DNA from: a virus
Lineage: Duplodnaviria; Caudoviricetes
DNA length: 55,307 nt
IMG/VR virus record: IMGVR_UViG_3300033143_003628
Coordinates: 1 to 55,307 of that record
Direction: 5' to 3' (one strand)
Part shown: piece by piece, positions 8,959 to 16,977 of the stretch
How the letters are laid out: each line of letters begins with the position of its first letter
How positions within the stretch are numbered: the stretch's first letter is position 1
Notes under the pieces: model-generated
What the model was told of the DNA's origin: nothing
The model's database searches: none
Seen by the model: only the letters and a program-made list of their open reading frames with translations
Position numbers and translations under genes: made by a program

Positions 8959-9098
8959 AGCCGATAATCTACGTAAGAAATATGAATTTCTTGCTACCGT
9001 GGCTAAAGAAATGGATGTCTCAATCACTTGGCTTCTAAAAAATTACGAAGTAAAAGAAACAGATGTGTGCTGGATACTCGAACATAGAGGTGATGTAA

Positions 9099-9710
9099 AT
9101 GGACTTGAATTTAGATAAGCAGACCGTGCAGAATTTTTACAAGTTTATGCAAGCGCAGTATGGGTTAACATATGTGCCAAAGCAAAAGTCATGGGTCATG
9201 AAAGTCTGCGCTTTTTTCGTGTCACTATTGGGATACATGTCTAAAGAAAAATTTATGACTAGGTTCACTACTACATTTTTTAAAAAAGTGTACCTGTCTT
9301 TTAAACCTGGCGGCGATAAAATTTCTTTGGCCGAACAGGTTTGGATCTTGGTGCACGAATGTGAACACATCGAACAGCAGATGGCCGATGGGTTTTTGTT
9401 TTACACAAATTATCTTTTTATTAAGAGGTATCGGTTAGCGTATGAAACCGAGGCGTATTGTGCGGGAATTGAAATGTCCTATTTTTTAAATTCTAAAAAA
9501 TTAAATGTAATAAGGCTAGTGGATTCACTTAAAAATTATGGGTTCAAAAGTAACGAACTAAATGAGGCGCACAATGAATTTTTAAATGTTTATATTAGAA
9601 CAGGTCAAAAACAATATCGACAAAGTGCCACACTTGTTGCTATGATGTTTTTCGAAACTGGTTTCACTATTGATGGTGGGGCCGAACATAGTAACGGAGA
9701 TTACAAATAA
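9099..9710 (+). CDS. putative zincin-type metallopeptidase
   Basis: HECEH (HExxH) with downstream YETEAY. Confidence 0.65.
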   Translation: MDLNLDKQTVQNFYKFMQAQYGLTYVPKQKSWVMKVCAFFVSLLGYMSKEKFMTRFTTTFFKKVYLSFKPGGDKISLAEQVWILVHECEHIEQQMADGFLFYTNYLFIKRYRLAYETEAYCAGIEMSYFLNSKKLNVIRLVDSLKNYGFKSNELNEAHNEFLNVYIRTGQKQYRQSATLVAMMFFETGFTIDGGAEHSNGDYK

Positions 9711-9723
9711 AAAGGAGAACAAG

Positions 9724-10011
9724 ATGACAGCTAAAGACAAGCGGCTAGGTTATGAAGCCAAAGACATGATCACTGGATTTAAAGGAATTGTCACAAGTGT
9801 TACCCAATGGATGACAGGTTGTGATCGTCTTTTGATTCAGCCGCAGGACTTGGACAAAGATGGTAAGCCGGTTGATGCGTCATGGTTTGACGAGAATCAA
9901 GTCATTATTTTAAGTAAGAAGAAAAAAATCGTTCTCAATAACGAGAAAGAAGCAAAGAAGACTGAAAAGCCTAAAACGGGCGGACCCCAAAACGATCCTA
10001 AGAGATGGTAA
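9724..10011 (+). CDS. conserved phage hypothetical protein
   Basis: LG..AKD.ITGFKG.VT...W.TGCDR..IQP...WFDE pattern; AAGGAG RBS before ATG 9724. Confidence 0.7.
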   Translation: MTAKDKRLGYEAKDMITGFKGIVTSVTQWMTGCDRLLIQPQDLDKDGKPVDASWFDENQVIILSKKKKIVLNNEKEAKKTEKPKTGGPQNDPKRW

Positions 10012-10024
10012 AAAGGAGAGCAAA

Positions 10025-10345
10025 ATGAACGACAGGAAAAAGAAACTAAATGATTTGCAAGCACAGCTAGTCGAGCTACGAAAAAAGCCAGGTGCTTCGT
10101 TTCATATCATTCGGCAGAAAGAGAAACAGGTTAACGCCGAACTGAAACGATTACGGGAAGAGGCTAGGCTGAACGGTGCAGAGCAGAAGCTTGAAAAAGC
10201 AACCGAGCGTTCTGCGGAAGCCGACGAAGAGTTCAAACGTGCCGAATTAGCGGAGACCGAGCGGGACAAGATGAAGGTGAAGGAAGAGAAAGCGCGGGCG
10301 GAAGCCAAAGCGAAGAAAGAAGCGAGGGTAGAAGATGGCGAGTAA
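10025..10345 (+). CDS. charged coiled-coil protein
   Basis: AAGGAG RBS; E/K/R-rich. Confidence 0.65.
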   Translation: MNDRKKKLNDLQAQLVELRKKPGASFHIIRQKEKQVNAELKRLREEARLNGAEQKLEKATERSAEADEEFKRAELAETERDKMKVKEEKARAEAKAKKEARVEDGE

Positions 10346-10473
10346 ACAAAAAAATAAAAAAGTAACTAAGAAACAAGAAATCACATTTGGCCTAATGCCC
10401 GAGAGCTGGCGTGTTCGGCCAGATAAAATTGTTTTTAAAAGGGCTATAACATTTTCGACAGAGGAAGCTGCCG

Positions 10474-10719
10474 ATGCCGAAGAGTAAAAAAACAATTCAG
10501 GACATGCAACGTGAACTTGTAAAGATGCAAACAAGTGTCACGGTGCTAAACAAAGATATTCGCGCTAAGAAATTGCAGATGAAGAAGGAAGAAAAAAGAT
10601 TGGCGGCGGCAGAACGAGTTCAGCGAGCGGACGCGATAGCCGAGCGCGAAGCGGTCGAAGTAAAAGTCGAAAGGCAAAGACTTAGAGAGGCCGATAGAAC
10701 TTTGGCGGAAGGGGTATAA
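10474..10719 (+). CDS. charged coiled-coil protein
   Basis: GAGG RBS; composition similar to 10025..10345. Confidence 0.6.
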   Translation: MPKSKKTIQDMQRELVKMQTSVTVLNKDIRAKKLQMKKEEKRLAAAERVQRADAIAEREAVEVKVERQRLREADRTLAEGV

Positions 10720-10721
10720 AG

Positions 10722-11174
10722 ATGGCAAGTGAAAAAGAAGTCACTTTAAATTTGGGCAAGCGTATGGATCTTTTAGAAAGAGATCAAGAACTTCTGCTTA
10801 GTAATGTAGCAAAGATTCATGAAGACAATGGAAAAGTGCATGGAGATCTAGAAGAGATCCGCGAAGTAATCGAATCCGTAGATAAGTTTGCAATAAGTTT
10901 GCAAGATAATAAAATTCCGTCACAAAAAAGCCCTTACGAAAAATCTTTCATTAAGAGCAAAAAATTTCTTGCGTTCTTTTTCGAAGAGTCCTTGCTTGCA
11001 GGTCTACTGGGATACGCTTTGAAGACACAAACGATCACCTGGCCGCTGGCGATGTTTATGACTATAGGTGTCGCGGGCATGTGCGCGTTAGCTATCAACT
11101 ACATCATTTCTCAGAACGCGGCGGACAAATTTATGCGCGGGCTCGAAGGAATTTCACGACATGCCGGAAGTTGA
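10722..11174 (+). CDS. two-TM membrane protein, holin-like
   Basis: KS.KF followed by two hydrophobic segments; adjacent to a spanin-like pair. Confidence 0.5.
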   Translation: MASEKEVTLNLGKRMDLLERDQELLLSNVAKIHEDNGKVHGDLEEIREVIESVDKFAISLQDNKIPSQKSPYEKSFIKSKKFLAFFFEESLLAGLLGYALKTQTITWPLAMFMTIGVAGMCALAINYIISQNAADKFMRGLEGISRHAGS

Positions 11175-11334
11175 CACAGAAGTTTTTAAAAAATGTGTAG
11201 CCGATGCGGATAGAGTTAGGCGCGAATCAGGACTGCCGATTAAAATCAATCTGCGAAAACTTAGCGCGGGTGAATTCCGAACGGTGTTGCAAGTGCTCTG
11301 GTGTTACTATTGTTCCAAGGTGTGAGGTAAAAAA

Positions 11335-11760
11335 ATGTTTGTAGTTAAGAACTATAGAAAATCGGAAGACAACATAACTAAATTATTCGCCTGGTATTCC
11401 AAACTCAAATGGTGGCAAAAAGTTCTAGCTGCCACACCTGTATTAATTGCTATTACTTTGTTATTTCTGTTTTTTCTTTCGACTGGCGGCAGTAAGTATG
11501 AAGGTGTTGTTCGGCGCGAAAGAAAGCGGGTCGATAGTCTACTGGTCGAGCACCATAAGACCGATGCGGACCTGGCCGAGCTGCAAAATGATTCCATAAA
11601 AGAACGAAATAAAATAATTGCAGGGATGGAGGCAAGACATGCGGAGACTGAAAAAATTATTGATAGTATCGACGGTGCTTGCATTGACGATCTCGCTGGT
11701 ATCGCTGCCGATTTGCGCACAAGACATCGTGCTGCCATTAGAGATAGAAACGAAGATTAA
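11335..11760 (+). CDS. N-terminal TM plus coiled coil, i-spanin-like
   Basis: Single TM followed by a helical domain; overlaps the next gene. Confidence 0.45.
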   Translation: MFVVKNYRKSEDNITKLFAWYSKLKWWQKVLAATPVLIAITLLFLFFLSTGGSKYEGVVRRERKRVDSLLVEHHKTDADLAELQNDSIKERNKIIAGMEARHAETEKIIDSIDGACIDDLAGIAADLRTRHRAAIRDRNED

Positions 11761-12100
11761 AAAGCAACCTGCGTTCTGTTTTAAAGGTGACGATTTCAAG
11801 CTGGTCCTGAAGATCTATCAGGGATATATTTCCAGGGGATCTGATGTGACCGATTTGAAAGCGGAGATTGACACACTTGAAACCACTGCGAACACGGCAG
11901 AGCTAAGACGGTCGGGCTGTTCGAAAACTTTGAAAGAGGTCGAAGCAGATCGGCAGAACATTTATCAGATTAGGAAGGAAGAAGCGCGGGCCGCACGTAA
12001 AGAAAAAGTAAAGGGAAAACTTGTGGCAATCTTGGGTGGCGCGGGTGCGGGGATAGTGGGTATAGGTATCGGAATTTTGATAGGGGTGTTTGCAATTTAA
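11639..12100 (+). CDS. signal peptide, coiled coil and C-terminal TM; spanin-like partner
   Basis: MRRLKKLLIVSTVLALTISLVSLPICA leader; Gly-rich C-terminal hydrophobic helix. Confidence 0.45.
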   Translation: MRRLKKLLIVSTVLALTISLVSLPICAQDIVLPLEIETKIKKQPAFCFKGDDFKLVLKIYQGYISRGSDVTDLKAEIDTLETTANTAELRRSGCSKTLKEVEADRQNIYQIRKEEARAARKEKVKGKLVAILGGAGAGIVGIGIGILIGVFAI

Positions 12101-12123
12101 AATTATTGAAAGGAAGTTCGATC

Positions 12124-12309
12124 ATGTCAACGAGTAGTAGCAGTAGTGGTATAGGTTTCCCAGGTCTTTTAACAATAGCTTTTATAGTTTTGAAATTGAT
12201 AGGCTATATCAAATGGTCTTGGTGGTGGGTGCTTTCACCAATGTGGATTGGTTTGAGTATAGTGATAATAATTATAATAGTATTTCTTATTATAAGAGCT
12301 TTTCTTTAA
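12124..12309 (+). CDS. small phage membrane protein (GIGF..LLTI.FIVLKL.G.I.WSWWWVLSP.WI family)
   Basis: Recognisable motif of a widespread phage two-TM family; RBS GAAAGGAAG. Confidence 0.8.
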   Translation: MSTSSSSSGIGFPGLLTIAFIVLKLIGYIKWSWWWVLSPMWIGLSIVIIIIIVFLIIRAFL

Positions 12310-12323
12310 AGAAGGGATCAATT

Positions 12324-12569
12324 ATGTCAAGCGATGTACCGGAAATAATCAAAGAAGATTTTGTATGTCACTACTGGGTTATGTCACAAATGTTAGCAGC
12401 TCTTTTCGGCACAGACGAGCCGGAAGCTTTATATGAACATGTGTATAGAGCATTTGAAGACTTGGAAGGTTCTACTGATATTAAATTAATTGAAAATGTA
12501 ATTAAAACGCGGACTCCCAGTATCGTTCTTACGGCATATAAGAAAGGATTTATAAATAATGAATTTTAA
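12324..12569 (+). CDS. hypothetical protein
   Basis: ATG after GAAGGGA within tracked ORF 12213..12569. Confidence 0.6.
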   Translation: MSSDVPEIIKEDFVCHYWVMSQMLAALFGTDEPEALYEHVYRAFEDLEGSTDIKLIENVIKTRTPSIVLTAYKKGFINNEF

Positions 12570-12703
12570 AAAGCGGAGTCGGTTAAGCGCCGATTCATTC
12601 ACACTAATGGAACAACGTACCTGGAGCAATAATGGAACAACGTACCTGGAGCAATAATGTATCAGGTATTTTCGCAGACCGACTCTGCTTTTTAGAATTC
12701 ATT
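12558..12703 (+). ncRNA. long RNA hairpin (~27-bp stem) enclosing a 25-bp tandem duplication
   Basis: Arms 12558-12589 and 12673-12703 are complementary; the three substitutions in the 27-bp core all form G-U pairs on the + strand. Confidence 0.55.
12605..12659. repeat. tandem repeat, 2.2 x TAATGGAACAACGTACCTGGAGCAA
   Basis: Two exact 25-bp copies plus a partial third. Confidence 0.95.
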
Positions 12704-12721
12704 TGAAAGGAAATTTCAGCC

Positions 12722-12934
12722 ATGCGACTATTAAAAAATAAAACAAGGATACAATTGGACTTTACAAAAGAAGCCATAAAAGATTTGGACTTTGTTCAGA
12801 AAAAACTAGGTGCGGCTTCGAGGGCAGAAGTCTTTCGCAGATCCCTTAAGCTTATGAAATACGCCCTCGATGAAAATCTTAATTTGCTTTTTGTAAATGA
12901 CGACGGTACAGCAAAAACGTTTATGATTTTTTAG
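12722..12934 (+). CDS. ribbon-helix-helix (CopG-like) DNA-binding protein
   Basis: RIQLDF strand, helix, then SRAEVFRRSL. Confidence 0.75.
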   Translation: MRLLKNKTRIQLDFTKEAIKDLDFVQKKLGAASRAEVFRRSLKLMKYALDENLNLLFVNDDGTAKTFMIF

Positions 12935-12947
12935 GAAAGGAACAACC

Positions 12948-13490
12948 GTGCCATTTTATTGCGACAAATGTAAAAGTGATCCGCTACTCGCGGCACCTGG
13001 TATATGTCCCTTCGCTATTGAACATCAAACATCAAACATAGCATCTGAACAATTAATAGATTGGATTGATAAAGGAATAAGATTTTCCGACTGTATAAAA
13101 AGGTTCGGTTTAAAAATACCTGACTGGCAGAAAGGTATACTAAAGTTACCTAAGAAAAAAAGACCCGCGCCTAAAGCACTTAAGAAAGTTCTGCCTAAAA
13201 AATTTAACGTGACAAAAAATCATTCCGCGAAGTTTGACGGCGAACCTGTGACACATATGCAACTAAGAATACTTACGGCCATCGAAGAATTTTGGTTGCA
13301 AAATAAATATGGTCCGGTGCAGCGCGAGCTTAGTAGGTTGGGCGGTATGTCCAGGGGTTCGGCACTGTTCGAGCAACTTAGAGTACTGCGCGAGCGCGGT
13401 TTAATAATTCAGACCATGGTCGAAGGCCGAAGCATACAGCGAACTTTGCGGACAAGGCGCACAAATGTGACGGTGGAAATCACATGGTAA
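12948..13490 (+). CDS. protein with C-terminal LexA-type winged-helix DNA-binding domain
   Basis: T..QLRIL..I.......YGP..REL....G..S......L..L.ERGLI; no peptidase domain. Confidence 0.7.
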   Translation: MPFYCDKCKSDPLLAAPGICPFAIEHQTSNIASEQLIDWIDKGIRFSDCIKRFGLKIPDWQKGILKLPKKKRPAPKALKKVLPKKFNVTKNHSAKFDGEPVTHMQLRILTAIEEFWLQNKYGPVQRELSRLGGMSRGSALFEQLRVLRERGLIIQTMVEGRSIQRTLRTRRTNVTVEITW

Positions 13491-13657
13491 AGGTCAAAAC
13501 TTACGACCCATCTAAAGTTAGTATGATTGTCGCAGGACAAAAAGTGACAGGTATTTATATTGAACCAAAACAAATACCTGCGAAAAGCTTTCGCGTGTGG
13601 TTTGGACCCTATGAATATTTAATGTTCTACCCTGCATGGTTTGGTGAACTAAAGTGA
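13484..13657 (+). CDS. 57-aa protein whose N-terminus resembles the tail tube N-terminus (not in ORF track)
   Basis: MVKVKTYDPSKVSMIVAGQKVTG...; GGTGG RBS; overlaps the upstream stop. Confidence 0.7.
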   Translation: MVKVKTYDPSKVSMIVAGQKVTGIYIEPKQIPAKSFRVWFGPYEYLMFYPAWFGELK

Positions 13658-13690
13658 CAACACTAAAGTGACAACTCTAAAGTGACAACT
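13649..13690. repeat. 3 x 14-bp tandem repeat CTAAAGTGACAAC(A/T)
   Basis: Read directly from the sequence. Confidence 0.95.
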
Positions 13691-15391
13691 TTATTAGAAC
13701 AAATGATGGCGCGGACGGGCCGAACGAAAGTTCCGCAGTATGCGAAAAAATCTTTCGGGTATCGCGCCGTCGTTCAGCGTTCTGCCGAATACCTGCGGAT
13801 TGCAGCTCTGCCCACAAGGGAATGGGACACCGAAGCTTATACAAATGAATTGATACAAGTGTTAACTTCCGAGCTGAAGACGCCACAAGGAAATTGGACT
13901 TTAAACAAAATCCAGGCGGCGAGTATAAACGACATCATTTTATATGGCGGCGCTTTGCTGCCGGTAGGTGTAGGACAAGGCAAAGCTTTAATTTCACTTT
14001 TGACCCCCGTTGTTTTAAATGCCGCTCGGCCTGTTCTGTTCGTGCCCGCTTCACTGCGTGAGCAAACAAATGAAATAGTTCTGCCGCAAATGCGCAAGCT
14101 CTGGCAACTACATCCCGGCCTTAAGGTGATAGGTTACAGTGAACTATCATTAGAAAAAAATGCAGAAATGCTTTGGCAGCTGCGACCGGATTTAATTGTG
14201 TTAGACGAATGTGACGAAATTAAAAACAAAAGCGCAGGCCGAACGAAAAGACTAACTAGATATTTTCGAGATTATCCAAATACAAAATGTGTCGCCATGA
14301 GCGGGACCATTAGTAACAGATCATTAAAGGACTACGCGCACATTGCACACTGGTGTTTGAAACATAATTCGCCGCTGCCTTTATCTTGGCAAGAGCTGAC
14401 AATTTGGTCGGATGCTATTGACGAAAAGGTGCCGGACGAAAGACGAGTTGCGCCGGGAGTATTGGAGAACTTTTGTATTGAAGGAGAAAATGTTCGGCAA
14501 GGGTTCAGGCGCAGGCTAACTAGTACACCAGGAGTAATAGCTTCGGCGGCGGACGATCTTGGTACGGCGTTAAGAATTTTTAAATATGATCTAGATGTAC
14601 CGGGAATCGTTTGGGATCAAATAGAAAACATGCGTTCGACTTGGGAGACACCTAACGGTGAAACTTTTTCGGAAGCGATAGATCTGTGGCGACACATTCG
14701 TGAACTTTCATTGGGTTTCTTTTATCGATGGGACCCTTCGGCCCCGAGTGATTGGCTGGACGCGAGGCGAGAATGGAAGTCTTATGTTAGAGAAACTTTA
14801 AAAACAAATCGTAGGAATTTAGATACCGAACTACAAGTGTGGAACGAATGTGCTCGTACAGCTACCGTATTGAAAGCTTGGCAGGACTGGCGAGATATTA
14901 AAGACACATTTAAACCTAATCCCGTTGCCGAATGGATTTCGGATTTCGCTTTAAAGGTGGCACGAATTTGGTTATTAGAAAGGCGCTGGAAATCTAGAGG
15001 CGCGGGAATTTGTTGGGTCGAACATGTGGAGTTTGGCAGAAAACTTGCGGAAGTTTCTGGACTTCCTTATTTTGGTGCGGGTGATAGTAGTATTTTAACT
15101 ACGACCGAGCCTGCTATTATTGCAAGTGTTTCGGCACATGGCAAAGGCAAAAACTTGCAGCGATATAATAGAAGTTTAATTACGATGCCTTCGGCAAGTG
15201 GTAAAACCTGGGAACAGGTACTTGGTCGCCTCCACAGACAAGGGCAAAAAAGTGACGCGGTAATCTACGATGTATTTTTGCACGTGGACGAGCTGCAAAG
15301 TGCACTGGTTCAGGCGCGTGCGGACGCAATTTATTTAGAAGACACATTAGGTAATCGGCAAAAGCTAAATTATGCCGATATAGTTTTATGA
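13682..15391 (+). CDS. superfamily 2 (SNF2-like) helicase
   Basis: VGQGKA (Walker A-like), LIVLDECD, AMSGT, QVLGRLHRQGQ. Confidence 0.85.
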   Translation: MTTLLEQMMARTGRTKVPQYAKKSFGYRAVVQRSAEYLRIAALPTREWDTEAYTNELIQVLTSELKTPQGNWTLNKIQAASINDIILYGGALLPVGVGQGKALISLLTPVVLNAARPVLFVPASLREQTNEIVLPQMRKLWQLHPGLKVIGYSELSLEKNAEMLWQLRPDLIVLDECDEIKNKSAGRTKRLTRYFRDYPNTKCVAMSGTISNRSLKDYAHIAHWCLKHNSPLPLSWQELTIWSDAIDEKVPDERRVAPGVLENFCIEGENVRQGFRRRLTSTPGVIASAADDLGTALRIFKYDLDVPGIVWDQIENMRSTWETPNGETFSEAIDLWRHIRELSLGFFYRWDPSAPSDWLDARREWKSYVRETLKTNRRNLDTELQVWNECARTATVLKAWQDWRDIKDTFKPNPVAEWISDFALKVARIWLLERRWKSRGAGICWVEHVEFGRKLAEVSGLPYFGAGDSSILTTTEPAIIASVSAHGKGKNLQRYNRSLITMPSASGKTWEQVLGRLHRQGQKSDAVIYDVFLHVDELQSALVQARADAIYLEDTLGNRQKLNYADIVL

Positions 15392-15395
15392 AAGG

Positions 15396-15620
15396 GTGAA
15401 AGTGATGCGAGTATTCGAAGAGACTATTCCAGAAAAAAGAAAAAGTGATTTGCGTGTTTTGGTAGAAGTGAATACAAAAGAGGGAAAACTTTTATTAGAG
15501 ATATGTGAAAAAGCAATCAAAGCACACCCAAAGAAAAGTTCTTATAAAACTATGTTGAAAAAATTAGAAGAGATGCCTTGCTTTTTTATGTCAGATTTTG
15601 GGCGAAATAAAATTAAATGA
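15396..15620 (+). CDS. hypothetical protein
   Basis: Packed ORF. Confidence 0.55.
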   Translation: MKVMRVFEETIPEKRKSDLRVLVEVNTKEGKLLLEICEKAIKAHPKKSSYKTMLKKLEEMPCFFMSDFGRNKIK

Positions 15621-15901
15621 CACAAGTGTGCCCCAGTTGTTCAATGGATTATGACGATTTCCGCACCGGGTTTTGTTACGCAGATATTTATTCAATGTTC
15701 TGGTCTTACGATGACGACCCGAAGACATGGCGAAACAAAAGGCGCGGAAGTGTCTTAGGTAAGTGGCGCGAGCTAAAATTAAAAATGTGGGCAGAACACT
15801 TAGAGACCTGCAGGCAAACTGCTCCGGGGTGTATTCGCGCCGAACAGAAACCTATACCGATAACTTTAAATTTTTATGAATACGAAGGGGAAGGAAAGTG
15901 A
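15617..15901 (+). CDS. hypothetical protein with CxxC...HxxxC
   Basis: Coupled ORF. Confidence 0.6.
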   Translation: MTQVCPSCSMDYDDFRTGFCYADIYSMFWSYDDDPKTWRNKRRGSVLGKWRELKLKMWAEHLETCRQTAPGCIRAEQKPIPITLNFYEYEGEGK

Positions 15902-15902
15902 C

Positions 15903-16133
15903 ATGGGATACCACGACGAAGGATCACATATGGATTTTGAAGACGATGAAAAAATAGAGGTTGATTACATCCGAGTTGTTAAGGAAACTAAAAAGGCTTG
16001 GCTGTTTCTTTTGGACGACTCAGATCCTTTTGATCCTAATCAGGTTTGGATACCTAAAAGTCAAGCCGAAATAATTAGCGATGAAGTTTTTGAACTGGCG
16101 GAATGGTTAGTGGTAGAAAAGGATCTAGTGTGA
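15903..16133 (+). CDS. hypothetical protein (ET.KAWL...WIPKSQ motif family)
   Basis: Common small phage protein motif; GGAAGGA RBS. Confidence 0.65.
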   Translation: MGYHDEGSHMDFEDDEKIEVDYIRVVKETKKAWLFLLDDSDPFDPNQVWIPKSQAEIISDEVFELAEWLVVEKDLV

Positions 16134-16221
16134 CAACTGCCGAAGCCATAACGATTGTAGTTTTTTATTTGGTGCTGTTTCCTTTTATGGTTTGGCAGAT
16201 ATTGAAAGGACATAGAAAAAC

Positions 16222-16249
16222 TTGACACACTGACTTAGTGTGCTAAGAT
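16222..16249 (+). promoter_or_regulatory. sigma70-type promoter
   Basis: TTGACA, 16-nt spacer, TGn-TAAGAT, upstream of the putative SSB gene. Confidence 0.7.
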
Positions 16250-16314
16250 ACAGTACTCTAATTTTTAGAGTACAAAAGTAACGACCTAAAAGGTCGAGAA
16301 AGTGAAAGTGTAAC

Positions 16315-16878
16315 ATGGGAATTTTTGACAACACAGCACAGCAAAACCAAGGACAGCAAACACAGCAATCGCCGCAGACACAGCAGAACACCGGTCAGTC
16401 CGTATTTGATCGCGTAGGCACCGCGCCACCGCGCCGAGGCGGAACTTACATTTCGCCAGGTAGCTATCCGATCCTTTTCATCAATGCTTTGAAGATGATT
16501 AAAAACCGTTCAGGTGTAGATCTTTTCATCGCAGAACTTTTTGTAATCGCTTCGGAAACAGACGCCGTTCCAATGGGTGCAAAAGTGTCATGGGCACCGA
16601 GCTTTGCGCACGACCCGACTCCAACGGACGTGCGAACTTTTCTGGCGCAGGTAATGGGCGCACCGCTGGACGATGTAGATTCACAAGCGTGTCAATATGC
16701 GTGCAGCGCGGAAAATCCTTGCCATGGTAAATTGATCAAATGTGTCGCCACAAACGTTGTGACCAAAAGTGGCAACGACTTTACCAAATGCGAGTGGTAC
16801 ACAATTGGTGCAGACCTGCAGAGCCAATCGGCAGAACTGCTCGCCAAAGCTGGCGTTGACCTCAGCTCGCAACAGTAA
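16315..16878 (+). CDS. putative single-stranded DNA-binding protein
   Basis: Lies directly upstream of DNA polymerase, with its own promoter and terminator. The call is by synteny. Confidence 0.5.
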   Translation: MGIFDNTAQQNQGQQTQQSPQTQQNTGQSVFDRVGTAPPRRGGTYISPGSYPILFINALKMIKNRSGVDLFIAELFVIASETDAVPMGAKVSWAPSFAHDPTPTDVRTFLAQVMGAPLDDVDSQACQYACSAENPCHGKLIKCVATNVVTKSGNDFTKCEWYTIGADLQSQSAELLAKAGVDLSSQQ

Positions 16879-16890
16879 CTTTTAACCCTT

Positions 16891-16930
16891 AAACCCGAGC
16901 CCTTTCTTTTACTGGAAGGGTTCGGGTTTT
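16891..16930 (+). terminator. intrinsic terminator-like hairpin
   Basis: AAACCCGAGCCCTTTC...GGAAGGGTTCGGGTTTT. Confidence 0.7.
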
Positions 16931-16932
16931 AC

Positions 16933-16961
16933 TTGACACACTGTTCCACCTATGTTGATAT
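16933..16961 (+). promoter_or_regulatory. promoter for the DNA polymerase gene (perfect -35, weak -10)
   Basis: ACTTGACACACTG motif shared with the other promoters. Confidence 0.5.
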
Positions 16962-16977
16962 GTGATGGAGTAAAAAT

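Noticed and set aside
12605-12659. Possible mini CRISPR array
   Set aside because: The repeats are directly adjacent with no spacers. The 3x14-bp repeat at 13649 also lacks spacers.
12948-13490. SOS-cleavable LexA/CI repressor implying lysogeny
   Set aside because: Only the DNA-binding domain is present; there is no S24 peptidase domain or Ala-Gly cleavage context.
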